64,000 bases of DNA from a virus (lineage: Duplodnaviria; Caudoviricetes): positions 1-64,000 of the IMG/VR virus record IMGVR_UViG_3300037067_027616; one strand, given 5' to 3'. Made by a program: the position numbers and the translations under genes. This document shows, one piece after another, positions 19,440 to 28,359 of the stretch (within the stretch, counting starts at the first letter, position 1; every line of letters begins with the position of its first letter). A model generated the notes under the pieces. That model had not been told where the DNA came from and did no database searches. It worked only from the letters and a program-made list of their open reading frames with translations.

Positions 19440-19865
19440 TTATCCTTTCCCTGTGCATTGGTCACGGGCCACTGAACGCCAGAATTTCCGTGCCTTGAGG
19501 CACGCCCGGTCACCAGGCTTTACAGCGACGTGACAAGTCTTTGGCCTGTTGCCGTACACGGCACATCGTATAGACTTCATGATAGTACCCGACAGGAAAG
19601 AACACATGCAAAGTTCCTTGCCCTTGAATGGACCGGATTTTTGCTCCCGTATTTTGGTTTTGATAACCCCATACGGTTGGGGTCTTCCGTCCATGGAGGA
19701 TGTGAGGGCTGAAAAGAAATCCGGGTACAATACACATCCACGTATCTTACCCGCCAAGCGTTTGATGTCCACCTCCTCAACATCGCAAAACGCATCTTGG
19801 TATGCGGGTGGCATGCAACACACGCCACACGACAGGCAAGTTTTCTTTGTGACTTTATCTTTCAT
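19440..19865 (-). CDS. YkgJ-family (CxxCxxCC) cysteine cluster protein
   Basis: CLSCGVCC, CSFL, CAVYGNRPKTC, C; ATGA overlap at 19865. Confidence 0.85.
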   Translation of the reverse strand: MKDKVTKKTCLSCGVCCMPPAYQDAFCDVEEVDIKRLAGKIRGCVLYPDFFSALTSSMDGRPQPYGVIKTKIREQKSGPFKGKELCMCSFLSGTIMKSIRCAVYGNRPKTCHVAVKPGDRACLKARKFWRSVARDQCTGKG

Positions 19866-20239
19866 TTTTGGGAGTTCGGTACGGGTTTCCAAAAACACCC
19901 ATTTTCGTGAGAACAATTTTGGTTTTTGCGCCAACTTTCGGTGTTCTTGCATATTCTCCAATCGGCGCATGTACCACACGTCTGCTTCTCGTACGGTACG
20001 CACAGCCCGGCTTTTTCCAAGATTTTGAACGCAGGCTCGAAGACACGATTCACCCGTTTGAGGTTCCTGTCGAAGTCCTTGAACGGTACCCTCAAAGAAG
20101 CATGAAGTTCTTTTCTGAGTTCCTTTCTTATGTCCAAGACATGTTTGTCCGACCGTGCCTTCCATCGCAATGACATTTCATTGGCTATTTTCGCTTGGAG
20201 AGCCTTCTTAATCCAAGGGATTTGCTTTTCATTAGGCAT
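19862..20239 (-). CDS. Hypothetical basic protein (paralogue of 25050-25394)
   Basis: EKQIPWIKKALQA...FEPAFKILEKAG. Confidence 0.65.
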   Translation of the reverse strand: MPNEKQIPWIKKALQAKIANEMSLRWKARSDKHVLDIRKELRKELHASLRVPFKDFDRNLKRVNRVFEPAFKILEKAGLCVPYEKQTCGTCADWRICKNTESWRKNQNCSHENGCFWKPVPNSQK

Positions 20240-20268
20240 GCGTCTTCCTTTCTCTATCCGCCGCCTTT

Positions 20269-20297
20269 AATATACCTTTTGAAAAACCGATTGTAAA
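20269..20297 (-). promoter_or_regulatory. sigma70-like promoter TTTACA-N17-TATATT
   Basis: Exact hexamers; AAAAGG immediately before the -10. Confidence 0.75.
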
Positions 20298-20315
20298 GGT
20301 TTTATTGCAATTTTT

Positions 20316-20329
20316 AATACCCTTCTCAT
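20316..20329 (+). promoter_or_regulatory. Candidate late-promoter motif AATACCCTTCTCAT
   Basis: Similar motif at 31296 and 46564, each upstream of a plus-strand unit. Confidence 0.4.
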
Positions 20330-20413
20330 AACCGTATCTGGAAGTAAGGTGCGCCTTCCCATGGAAGGTGGCGCTTTGTGCTGTTTCGTTGTGGGCAGAA
20401 AAGGATGTGTGAT

Positions 20414-20755
20414 ATGATTAGATTTCCGATTGTAATCGCCATGTTGGCCACTATGAGTTTCACGGACTTTGACTACACATCAGTGGTCTGCATGCAGGAC
20501 TCCTCCGGGGTCAGTGTCCAACTATGGGGTACGGATACCTCCGTGGTCTTTAAAAATGTCGTAAAGGTGGTCTACGGCAGCGGCGGATTTGTGGTTTACT
20601 TCAAGGATGGCAAGACCGTGACCATGACCAAACCCCCGTTTCGGAAGGTTGATTTAGTGACCGAGTCCCCTGAAGAGAGTGATACCACGAAGGCACCTCG
20701 GAAGGAAAAGGATCGTAAGGAAGAAAAAGAACGCAAGAGTCATAGGCAGGAATAA
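20414..20755 (+). CDS. Hypothetical protein with possible signal peptide
   Basis: Hydrophobic N-terminus; TAATG overlap with the next gene. Confidence 0.5.
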   Translation: MIRFPIVIAMLATMSFTDFDYTSVVCMQDSSGVSVQLWGTDTSVVFKNVVKVVYGSGGFVVYFKDGKTVTMTKPPFRKVDLVTESPEESDTTKAPRKEKDRKEEKERKSHRQE

Positions 20756-21339
20756 TGCCAAATAATTTTCAGACTAGCCCTCTACATGTAGCGGGACTTT
20801 TTCTCAAAAAGTCCTCTGCATCTGATGCTGTTGAAAAGATCCTCCTTGAAATTCCAGAGAAGGATCACATAACAACGTTGGAAAAGCCATTTACGGGTAT
20901 TACACCGCAGAAACAACCCATACACTTCAAACCAAATGGTTTGTGGTACTCTTGTGGTCGTGAGTGGATTGAGTGGGTCAGAAATGAGAGTAGATTTACC
21001 TCAAAATACATTTATCGTTTACACATCAATTATAGCAGAGTTTTGAAGATTACCAACGAAAAAGACTTTGATGAATTTTCTGAAGAATACGTGGCAAAAA
21101 ATAAGATTCTTGAAATGAATACTACGATGTATGTCGATTGGCCCAAAGTATCAGTGAAGTACGGTGGCGTGGAAATATGTCCCTACCTGCATACAAGACG
21201 CAGGAGCAAAAAAAGCGAGTGGTATTATTGGTGGGATGTTGCTTCAGGATGCCTATGGGATCCATCGACGGTGTCTGGTGCAGATTTATTGTATGTATAC
21301 AACGAAACCACGGACTCTTACGATAAGCAAGGTGTTTGA
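20755..21339 (+). CDS. Conserved viral hypothetical protein (KPxGLW...WDV family)
   Basis: KPNGLWYS, WIEW, VDWPKV..KYGGVEI, WDVASGCLW. Confidence 0.65.
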   Translation: MPNNFQTSPLHVAGLFLKKSSASDAVEKILLEIPEKDHITTLEKPFTGITPQKQPIHFKPNGLWYSCGREWIEWVRNESRFTSKYIYRLHINYSRVLKITNEKDFDEFSEEYVAKNKILEMNTTMYVDWPKVSVKYGGVEICPYLHTRRRSKKSEWYYWWDVASGCLWDPSTVSGADLLYVYNETTDSYDKQGV

Positions 21340-21340
21340 C

Positions 21341-24300
21341 ATGCCCCGATACCTCCTCATAGATGACCGGCGCGACCCCGAGAGATTCGGTGCTACGACT
21401 GTCGCGCGTACATCCGATGAGGCCATCTCCGAACTCAACCGGGGTGGGTGGGACAGGGTGTATTTTGACAACGACATGGGACCGGATCAGAAGGAAGGGT
21501 GGCAGATCGTCGTCCACATGATGCACCACATCAACCCGGACAAGTGGCCGAAAGAGTTGGTTGTGGTGTCAGACAACACGCCGGCGCGTGCCAACATCGA
21601 GAGCAAGTTCGGGAGTATGGGGTACGATCGTTCCGGCGAGGATTATGGGAAGGTCATATGGAGTCGTACAAAGGGTAATGAAGAAACAGCCAAAGTAGCT
21701 TCGAGGTACCTTGGATCCGTGAAATCCTTCAACCCTTCTATTGAAAAACCCGAATACGATCAGACTCTACCGCGTAACTACGAACACATCGAAAAAGAAC
21801 TTGAGACAGCGTATGCCCATAACATGCCCCAATCGGTTATCGACCGACTCGAGACTGAATTGGCTCAACACGTCACCGAAGAAAATCTTCAGATGTCTGA
21901 AGAAGATCCCGACATAACTGAAGATGTGTATGGACGGGGCGGGGTCGCTGGAGCCATAGAAGAACAAATGGCATACACTTACTCCGACTATCTAAAGGCA
22001 CCAGCAGTAGATACCCCCGGGATCCCATACAGCAAACAAGATCTTGTGAAAAGGATGCGGAACATACTCGAAGAGTCAAAAATGGCGCCTTCCATGTTGC
22101 CTAACGTGACCGATGCGCAAGTCCTCGATGCCGCAAAAGATGCCTATGAGCATCGGCGAAAATACATACAACAGTATCGACAAAAATCTACAAAAAGACC
22201 TATGCCTCCAACAACTTACGGTGTGATATCACGGTATGCTATGCATGATCCGGGTGAAGTAGCTTGGGAGGTGTATAACGAACGGTACATGCAGGAGGTT
22301 GGTGAAGCGATCGACAACATCGCCGGCAACCAACCCCCGAAAAAGCTAATACCCCTTAACACCTCCAGGATGAAGAAGATATGGCGGGATTACTCACGTA
22401 CCGGGGTGGTGCGTGATGAACGTGGCATCGATGATATACTCGATGATTTCCTCGAGAAGACTGTACGAATAGATGTGAACAACTATTTGACGGGACACAC
22501 ACCTGCAGATCCGTTGGAGGAGTTCAAGGACAGGGAAATCTCCATACCAAAAGATGTAGATGAAAGGATAGACAGGCAGACAAACGACATCCATGGGCAT
22601 TGGATGATATCGGATTATGGTATAGGACCCCTCCAAAGACTTCTGCACAAGGCTATGATGGAAACAGATTACGAGCAGAAGTTGCTTGCGCTCGATGCCA
22701 TGCTGAATGTAGTACACCAGAGAAGCGATTTAGCATCTTGGTTCGTGCAGGGTGGTAGAGGTGCGTTGGATGCCATATCACAAGATGCGGAGGAGAAGAC
22801 TGAATCGTATAAGGAAGCTTCAATGGAAAAAACCGCCGTAGACGCAAAAAAGGTTGTTGACCAAATAGGGTTGCCTGATCGTAAAGGTGCCTATGCCATA
22901 CACACCAGCAACGCACTTTTGGTCAGAGGGTTGCGCAAGGAAGTCAAGGATTACGACATACTGACTTCACCAGAAGTTTTTAAGCAGGTACAAGAAAAGT
23001 TTCCAGAAAATTGCGATATGCATGGTAAAGATGAACGTGTTCTTTTGAATATAGATGGTACAGAAATTGAGATATTCAAGACTTGGTGGGGAGGCATGGA
23101 TCCGGAAAAAATCCTGCGCCAAGCTGAAAAGATTAATGGCGTCTGGTATGCCTCTCTCGAAGATGTGAAAGAATGGAAAGAGCGCAGATGGGAAAAAGAA
23201 CATCTGGAAAAAGACAGAGTAGACCTCGAAGAAATAAATCGATACATGAATACCCGCAAAGCTTCTGATTATACCGGTGGTGATAAAGGCCCTTTAGAGG
23301 ATGTAGAGGTTATCAAAAATGGTAATCGCATCGAAATCAAGGATTCTTTGGGTGGCAAAGCACAAGTTGATTTGATTAACAACACAGCCCGGATATACAG
23401 CATCCATTCAGTGCCGGATGACAAGAAGTACACGGATGAAGCATCTCAATACAAACGTCGGGGGTTCTTTAAGAAGGTGATAGAGGAATTGCGCAATTTG
23501 GGTGTCCAAAAGATAAGCGTGAGCCTTCAAAGCACAGAATCACGGGCAGCTCTTAAAAGGATGGTTGAAACGGGAGTCCTTGAAAACCCACAAGACATCC
23601 GGGGTTTGAGCGTGGATGAGTACCCGACAACATTTGACATACCGTCTACAGATACAAAAACCGCTTATGAATCGGAGGCAGGATCCTCCATGAGGCGTGT
23701 GGTGGGGGCCTATTTAAAAACCGCCATACCATTCATAGAAAGCGATATAGGATCTGTCGACTTGTTCCTGCAAACGCTCTCTGCAGAAGACATCCAGAAG
23801 TTTTTTGATGACATGGAATCCGGAAAATCCGTGATGCTCCCCGCCTATCAAGGGCGAAAAGAGATGGAGATACGCAAGGATATCATGGAGCCTGGAGAAT
23901 ACAACCGTAATTTAAAGTTATACCGGACACACCCGCATTATGGAAATAAAAACCCCATATTCATGTACCGGGACAGGGGATTTGTTTCGACTCCAAAAAA
24001 GCCAAAAAAATTCGTAATGGAACCAATGAAATCGGAAGGCCCCCCGAAAGAATTAAACCCCGAATATAAACTGTCAAATGTTGTGGCCTCATACATGAAG
24101 AGCGCCGCAACAGGTCACGCGGCCGATTCTTCAATGTTTTATCGTATGGAGGGGGACAAGGTACTCATAAAACACGATGATGTACCCATAGGTGTTTGGA
24201 ACAAATTCTCAAGAGCAATGAACGCTTTAGACTATGACTTCCGCGGAGGTGAAGACGCCAAAAAGTTGTTAGATCGGTGGAACAAAAGATCTTCCGGGGA

Positions 24301-24820
24301 AACCGTTCTGTCTGGTGACCATGCAAAAGGGTTTTTGGCGGCGGTAGGTAAAGCCGATCTTCATAAGCCACTGAAAGGATCCGATGCATCGTCTATCATT
24401 AAAAAGGCGATAAAGAAATTTGGCATAACCAACAATCCGCACCATGCGGGGTACATACTCCCTGATGGCAGGCTGTTGGATTTCAGCGGTGGCGCCGGCG
24501 CGTTAGGGACCCGGGGAGCCGACCACAGAGAGATAGGAAGTGTCATACCGGAATCTATGGTCCCGGAAGGATCCTCTCAATGGAATGATGTTGTTGCATT
24601 CGGAAAACTCGGTAACATCCGCACGCACGTTTCTGGAAGAGGGCAATTGGCTATGACTCTTTTCACCCGCCCAACTTCGGCACAATTGCAAGCTGTTGAG
24701 GACATCATGTACAAAGAACACCTCGGGGCAACCATAGATGTTGGTAGAAACAACAAAGAGTTCGGGCCGGACGAGGTCGAGGACACTATAAACTTCATGA
24801 AGCAATCAACGAGCTATTGA
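21341..24820 (+). CDS. Large multi-module (polyvalent-type) protein: cyclic-phosphate receiver-like, nucleotidyltransferase-like, GNAT-like and other modules
   Basis: LLIDDRR...ARTSDEAI...YFDNDMG; SNALLVRGL..VKDYDIL; IYSIHSVP...YKRRGFFKKVIEEL; GYILPDGRLLDFSG...DHREI; ATG 21341 follows the upstream stop at 21339. Confidence 0.75.
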   Translation: MPRYLLIDDRRDPERFGATTVARTSDEAISELNRGGWDRVYFDNDMGPDQKEGWQIVVHMMHHINPDKWPKELVVVSDNTPARANIESKFGSMGYDRSGEDYGKVIWSRTKGNEETAKVASRYLGSVKSFNPSIEKPEYDQTLPRNYEHIEKELETAYAHNMPQSVIDRLETELAQHVTEENLQMSEEDPDITEDVYGRGGVAGAIEEQMAYTYSDYLKAPAVDTPGIPYSKQDLVKRMRNILEESKMAPSMLPNVTDAQVLDAAKDAYEHRRKYIQQYRQKSTKRPMPPTTYGVISRYAMHDPGEVAWEVYNERYMQEVGEAIDNIAGNQPPKKLIPLNTSRMKKIWRDYSRTGVVRDERGIDDILDDFLEKTVRIDVNNYLTGHTPADPLEEFKDREISIPKDVDERIDRQTNDIHGHWMISDYGIGPLQRLLHKAMMETDYEQKLLALDAMLNVVHQRSDLASWFVQGGRGALDAISQDAEEKTESYKEASMEKTAVDAKKVVDQIGLPDRKGAYAIHTSNALLVRGLRKEVKDYDILTSPEVFKQVQEKFPENCDMHGKDERVLLNIDGTEIEIFKTWWGGMDPEKILRQAEKINGVWYASLEDVKEWKERRWEKEHLEKDRVDLEEINRYMNTRKASDYTGGDKGPLEDVEVIKNGNRIEIKDSLGGKAQVDLINNTARIYSIHSVPDDKKYTDEASQYKRRGFFKKVIEELRNLGVQKISVSLQSTESRAALKRMVETGVLENPQDIRGLSVDEYPTTFDIPSTDTKTAYESEAGSSMRRVVGAYLKTAIPFIESDIGSVDLFLQTLSAEDIQKFFDDMESGKSVMLPAYQGRKEMEIRKDIMEPGEYNRNLKLYRTHPHYGNKNPIFMYRDRGFVSTPKKPKKFVMEPMKSEGPPKELNPEYKLSNVVASYMKSAATGHAADSSMFYRMEGDKVLIKHDDVPIGVWNKFSRAMNALDYDFRGGEDAKKLLDRWNKRSSGETVLSGDHAKGFLAAVGKADLHKPLKGSDASSIIKKAIKKFGITNNPHHAGYILPDGRLLDFSGGAGALGTRGADHREIGSVIPESMVPEGSSQWNDVVAFGKLGNIRTHVSGRGQLAMTLFTRPTSAQLQAVEDIMYKEHLGATIDVGRNNKEFGPDEVEDTINFMKQSTSY

Positions 24821-25065
24821 ACGTGGGAATGCTCCTCAAAGACATGGCCCCGGAAGACATGGCGCACATATGTTCCAAGGCGCTCATGGCATTGCTTGAT
24901 GACAGCGCAGGCGTCACCTTGGAATACGGCGGTCACAGGTACATAGTGCATCGGGATGGGGACATGCTTTTCGTGGCCCAGGCAGACAAAATTCCTTCGG
25001 TATCTGATACCGTGTTGTGGGAGTTTGGGTACACGGGGGACGAAGGCGATTACTTGGGGATTTGA
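24817..25065 (+). CDS. Hypothetical protein
   Basis: Overlaps the stop of the large gene; acidic small protein. Confidence 0.45.
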   Translation: MNVGMLLKDMAPEDMAHICSKALMALLDDSAGVTLEYGGHRYIVHRDGDMLFVAQADKIPSVSDTVLWEFGYTGDEGDYLGI

Positions 25066-25394
25066 CCTACATTATCAAACCTGATAAATCCCGCTTTTTT
25101 CAAGATCTTGAATGCCGGGCCAAAATCACGGTCAACTTGAGAACGGTGTTTTGAAACAGAACTGCGTTTTCCCAAGGAAAATTGTTTACTCCAATACTCC
25201 TTGGCGTTCATTCCTTTAGGTCTCTTTGGGCCATTCGCGCAAGCTTTTCGATACTCATCGACTATTTCCTTGGCCCTCTTTTTTGCAAGGTCAGACAAAC
25301 GGTGGGAATATTCCTTGTCCATGCGTGCTTGCAGAGCCTTGGAAACCCATGGTAGTTGTTTTTCATCAAAACGTTGTAGCTTTTTTCTTGGCAT
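25050..25394 (-). CDS. Hypothetical basic protein (paralogue of 19862-20239)
   Basis: EKQLPWVSKALQA...FGPAFKILKKAG; GGAG RBS. Confidence 0.65.
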   Translation of the reverse strand: MPRKKLQRFDEKQLPWVSKALQARMDKEYSHRLSDLAKKRAKEIVDEYRKACANGPKRPKGMNAKEYWSKQFSLGKRSSVSKHRSQVDRDFGPAFKILKKAGFIRFDNVGQIPK

Positions 25395-25932
25395 GCTTTC
25401 TCCAAAGTGACTTCACCTCTTTGATGCAGTCCATCTTCTCATCAAACGTCATGTCTGGCCAAGGAGTTTCCTTCCGGTCAGCACTACACACGGACTCGAG
25501 GTGTCGCTCAAAATCACTGGTCATCTTCATGACTTTATCCATGCGCTCCCGCACCTTCTTGTCCTTTGCAATCACCGCCAAGCAGTTGCCAAAATTCATC
25601 GCATCGCAACGTGACCATCTGGTCTTGTCATACTTTACGTTGAATCCTGCACGAAGGAAATCATCTACCATCTTGTAGTCTACGACCTCGGACGGGCAGT
25701 CGTAGAAGCACACACGGGTACCGTTGACCTTCACAAAGGTGAAACACACCATCACCGGGCGCCCATCGGTTTCCCCTACTTGGATAGAAAACCCCAAACA
25801 ATCCTGTTCCCAAGGCACTGCGGCGTGAAATTCCCTCCACAGGCACAGCTTCTCAAAACTGTTGGCCTCCACCAGAAATTTACAGTCCGCGAATCGACCG
25901 TCGAGCTCTACCAGCTTTTTAGACACAGACAT
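25366..25932 (-). CDS. Hypothetical protein
   Basis: VEANSFEKLCLW, GRPV, DAMNF; start MSVSKK. Confidence 0.6.
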   Translation of the reverse strand: MSVSKKLVELDGRFADCKFLVEANSFEKLCLWREFHAAVPWEQDCLGFSIQVGETDGRPVMVCFTFVKVNGTRVCFYDCPSEVVDYKMVDDFLRAGFNVKYDKTRWSRCDAMNFGNCLAVIAKDKKVRERMDKVMKMTSDFERHLESVCSADRKETPWPDMTFDEKMDCIKEVKSLWRKHAKKKATTF

Positions 25933-26581
25933 TTTGGGCCCCTTTTCTTGAGTACGCCACGCATTTGTTACGTGCCTGTATGAGTTCGTGCATGGCGTCA
26001 TCACTCCCGCCTTTGTCGGAATGTCTCTTTAGGGCGAGCTTGCGGAACTGCTCCTTAATTTCATCTTCAGATGCTGTGTCGGGTAGTCCTATAACGCTGA
26101 ACGCCTCGGTCGGTACGGACGTTGGGGAGATCCTGCCCATGAAATAAAAGAAATTGTTAATGAAATCTTCGAATATGTTCTGCCGGAAAGAACTGTAAAA
26201 TCCGTTTGCGAACTCGGATTCTCTTTTTCTCCACGCGTTTTCACGTTCCCACTTTTCTTTGGCGGCTGCCCTTTTTTTGGCAAGCAACTCTCCGAATAAT
26301 TCATCACGCAATTTTACAACCACCGTGGCGTAGAAGTACTTCCAGGTCTTCTCCCACGTTTCGGACGTGCCTTTCGATTTATTGACGATACCATCGAACT
26401 TCGACCGTGCTTGTTTGACGAGGTTTTCCCAATGGGTCAGATTGAAATCCGTGTGCGACTGTGAAATCTCGACCGAAGACATGAAATCATTGGTGAAGTC
26501 CGCCATAAATTCGTTACGGTCGTAATGCTCCGACTCATCAAGGTGGTACTTCTTAACGTATTGTCGAGGTTTCATGAACAA
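25919..26581 (-). CDS. Protein with C-terminal DnaJ (J) domain, HSD variant
   Basis: AFSVIGL...ASEDEIKEQFRKLALKRHSDKGG...MHELIQA. Confidence 0.8.
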   Translation of the reverse strand: MFMKPRQYVKKYHLDESEHYDRNEFMADFTNDFMSSVEISQSHTDFNLTHWENLVKQARSKFDGIVNKSKGTSETWEKTWKYFYATVVVKLRDELFGELLAKKRAAAKEKWERENAWRKRESEFANGFYSSFRQNIFEDFINNFFYFMGRISPTSVPTEAFSVIGLPDTASEDEIKEQFRKLALKRHSDKGGSDDAMHELIQARNKCVAYSRKGAQNVCV

Positions 26582-26847
26582 GCCGATTTCTTGCGTGTGC
26601 GAATCAGCCCCTCGGTAGACATAATCTCAAGGACTGCCTTGTGTATTTTTGGAAACTTATCCTTCACAAGTGCCTTATAGCGAGAGTCAATTTGGGCCTG
26701 TTGTATCCGGATATGCGCCCGATTTTTATACTCGTTCGCACATTTTGTTGCCCTTCTCTTGTATCTCTCCAATTCCTTGATCATGCCCCGAAGGTTGTCA
26801 CGATCTGCGCGTACGTAGTCTTCCGGTAGGAGTTCTTTTGTGACCAT
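26572..26847 (-). CDS. Hypothetical protein
   Basis: AAAGGA RBS, coupled run. Confidence 0.55.
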   Translation of the reverse strand: MVTKELLPEDYVRADRDNLRGMIKELERYKRRATKCANEYKNRAHIRIQQAQIDSRYKALVKDKFPKIHKAVLEIMSTEGLIRTRKKSACS

Positions 26848-26850
26848 GGG

Positions 26851-27132
26851 CTATCCTTTCTTGATGACCCACTTCTTCAATAGTCGCCTGGACACCTTCT
26901 GATACTCCTCGTCAGTCAGTGTCCCGATGATTGCCACGGCTTCACGCATTTCTGGGCAACCATTGTCTTCGTTACCATTACTGCCCACATGCTTGCCACC
27001 GTATTTGCAATCACAAAATCTTGACGTTTCCTCCCCGTTTTTATCAGAACAATACGAGCAAAGATGCCTCTGTATGCTGATAAGAACGGGGAGAAGTTCG
27101 TTTTTTGGGGTCAAAAGTCTTGGCATGGTCAA
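26851..27132 (-). CDS. Hypothetical Cys-rich protein
   Basis: HLCSY, CDCKYG, GCPEMR. Confidence 0.6.
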   Translation of the reverse strand: MTMPRLLTPKNELLPVLISIQRHLCSYCSDKNGEETSRFCDCKYGGKHVGSNGNEDNGCPEMREAVAIIGTLTDEEYQKVSRRLLKKWVIKKG

Positions 27133-27419
27133 TCCCCTACGACACTGAGAATGTCGCTCTCACGCATGATGAGGTATTTTGTACCCTCGGATTCGACCTC
27201 GTTGCCGGTGTATTTCCCAAAAATGACTTTGTCTCCGACCTTTACCTCCATGGGTGCGACCCGGCCTTCATCTGTAGTCCTGCCGGGGCCGGCTGCGATG
27301 ATTTCTCCGATCTGCGGTTTCTCTTTGGCTGTAGGCGGTATGTAGATGCCACCCGGAGACTTCTCATCGGCGTCCAGCACCTTCACAACAACTCTGTCTG
27401 ACAACGGCTTGAGATTCAT
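27129..27419 (-). CDS. groES: Co-chaperonin GroES (Cpn10)
   Basis: [10 protein letters not shown], mobile loop [37 protein letters not shown]; AGGAG RBS. Confidence 0.97.
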   Translation of the reverse strand: MNLKPLSDRVVVKVLDADEKSPGGIYIPPTAKEKPQIGEIIAAGPGRTTDEGRVAPMEVKVGDKVIFGKYTGNEVESEGTKYLIMRESDILSVVGD

Positions 27420-27449
27420 ACGACCACTCCTTCTGTTTGAGTAAACTCG

Positions 27450-27644
27450 CTATTTATTTCGTCTGCCCGGTTTACTAACTTCCACGAAATTGTGGACACG
27501 TTCCTCGACCTGCAGATGTCGATCGAATGCTATTTGTTCAATTTCTCCGATAATGTCTTCGTCCTTTTGAAACACAACGGCGAATAATTTAGCTTTAGCC
27601 TTTGGATTATCAATAGGGCGAACCCATAGACCAACGCCTTTCAT
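27450..27644 (-). CDS. Hypothetical protein
   Basis: TAATG overlap with the upstream gene. Confidence 0.5.
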   Translation of the reverse strand: MKGVGLWVRPIDNPKAKAKLFAVVFQKDEDIIGEIEQIAFDRHLQVEERVHNFVEVSKPGRRNK

Positions 27645-28111
27645 TAGCGCGACTCCGACTTGTAATGACCAATTACGGTTTCCAATATCTCTCGAGCAAG
27701 AACGCTTGAGCCTTTTGACAGCACTCCTCTCGTGATGATTTCTGATATTTTATCTTGAAGAGAAACATCGCTTGTGGTGGGGGCCGGTAGTTCGTGTTCT
27801 ACTATATTCGCCAATTCTGTTATTTTTGGTTCCCTGAATGTTGCCAATTTGATACCGCCTGCTTCATACTCTAACACGGGCCACTCACTTTCAACCTCGT
27901 ATTTCCACATGTTAGTAACCTTGCGTTTTATAGGATTGCCATTTTCAGTTCGTACCATCCATAACATCAGCACACCACCAGTCACAACACCCCCCGCCGT
28001 ACAGTTAGAACATGTTGCGTATTTGGCATCGTCACCCACTAATTTTTTTAAAGAAAGATCCACAGGGTCACCAATAACAACTTCTCCAACTGAACACAAA
28101 GGGCATTTCAT
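27644..28111 (-). CDS. Hypothetical Zn-ribbon protein
   Basis: CPLC...CSNC; AGGAG RBS. Confidence 0.6.
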   Translation of the reverse strand: MKCPLCSVGEVVIGDPVDLSLKKLVGDDAKYATCSNCTAGGVVTGGVLMLWMVRTENGNPIKRKVTNMWKYEVESEWPVLEYEAGGIKLATFREPKITELANIVEHELPAPTTSDVSLQDKISEIITRGVLSKGSSVLAREILETVIGHYKSESR

Positions 28112-28119
28112 ATTTACTC

Positions 28120-28356
28120 CTATTTACGTTGGTAGCATGTATACCCACCAGGTATACACTTCCGAGTTTTTTTACACGAGCCATCAAGATAGTTTTTGCA
28201 TGGCACCACACGGTTCTTGTCGTTTTGTGGATCCGATTGTGCCATTAGCTCCGCCTCGGCCCGATCGCACAGATCACCAAGATTACCCTGCTCTCCGATA
28301 CCGTCCATGTACTTACGCACTCTATTTATGAGTTCTTGCATCGCTTTCATAAGCAC
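28120..28356 (-). CDS. Hypothetical protein
   Basis: Fills the gap in the minus-strand run; Cys-rich C-terminus. Confidence 0.45.
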   Translation of the reverse strand: MLMKAMQELINRVRKYMDGIGEQGNLGDLCDRAEAELMAQSDPQNDKNRVVPCKNYLDGSCKKTRKCIPGGYTCYQRK

Positions 28357-28359
28357 CCA

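Noticed and set aside
21164-21340. 59-aa N-terminal extension of the 1218-aa ORF
   Set aside because: Overlaps the 20755 gene by about 175 bp; the recognisable domain starts at ATG 21341 right after the upstream stop
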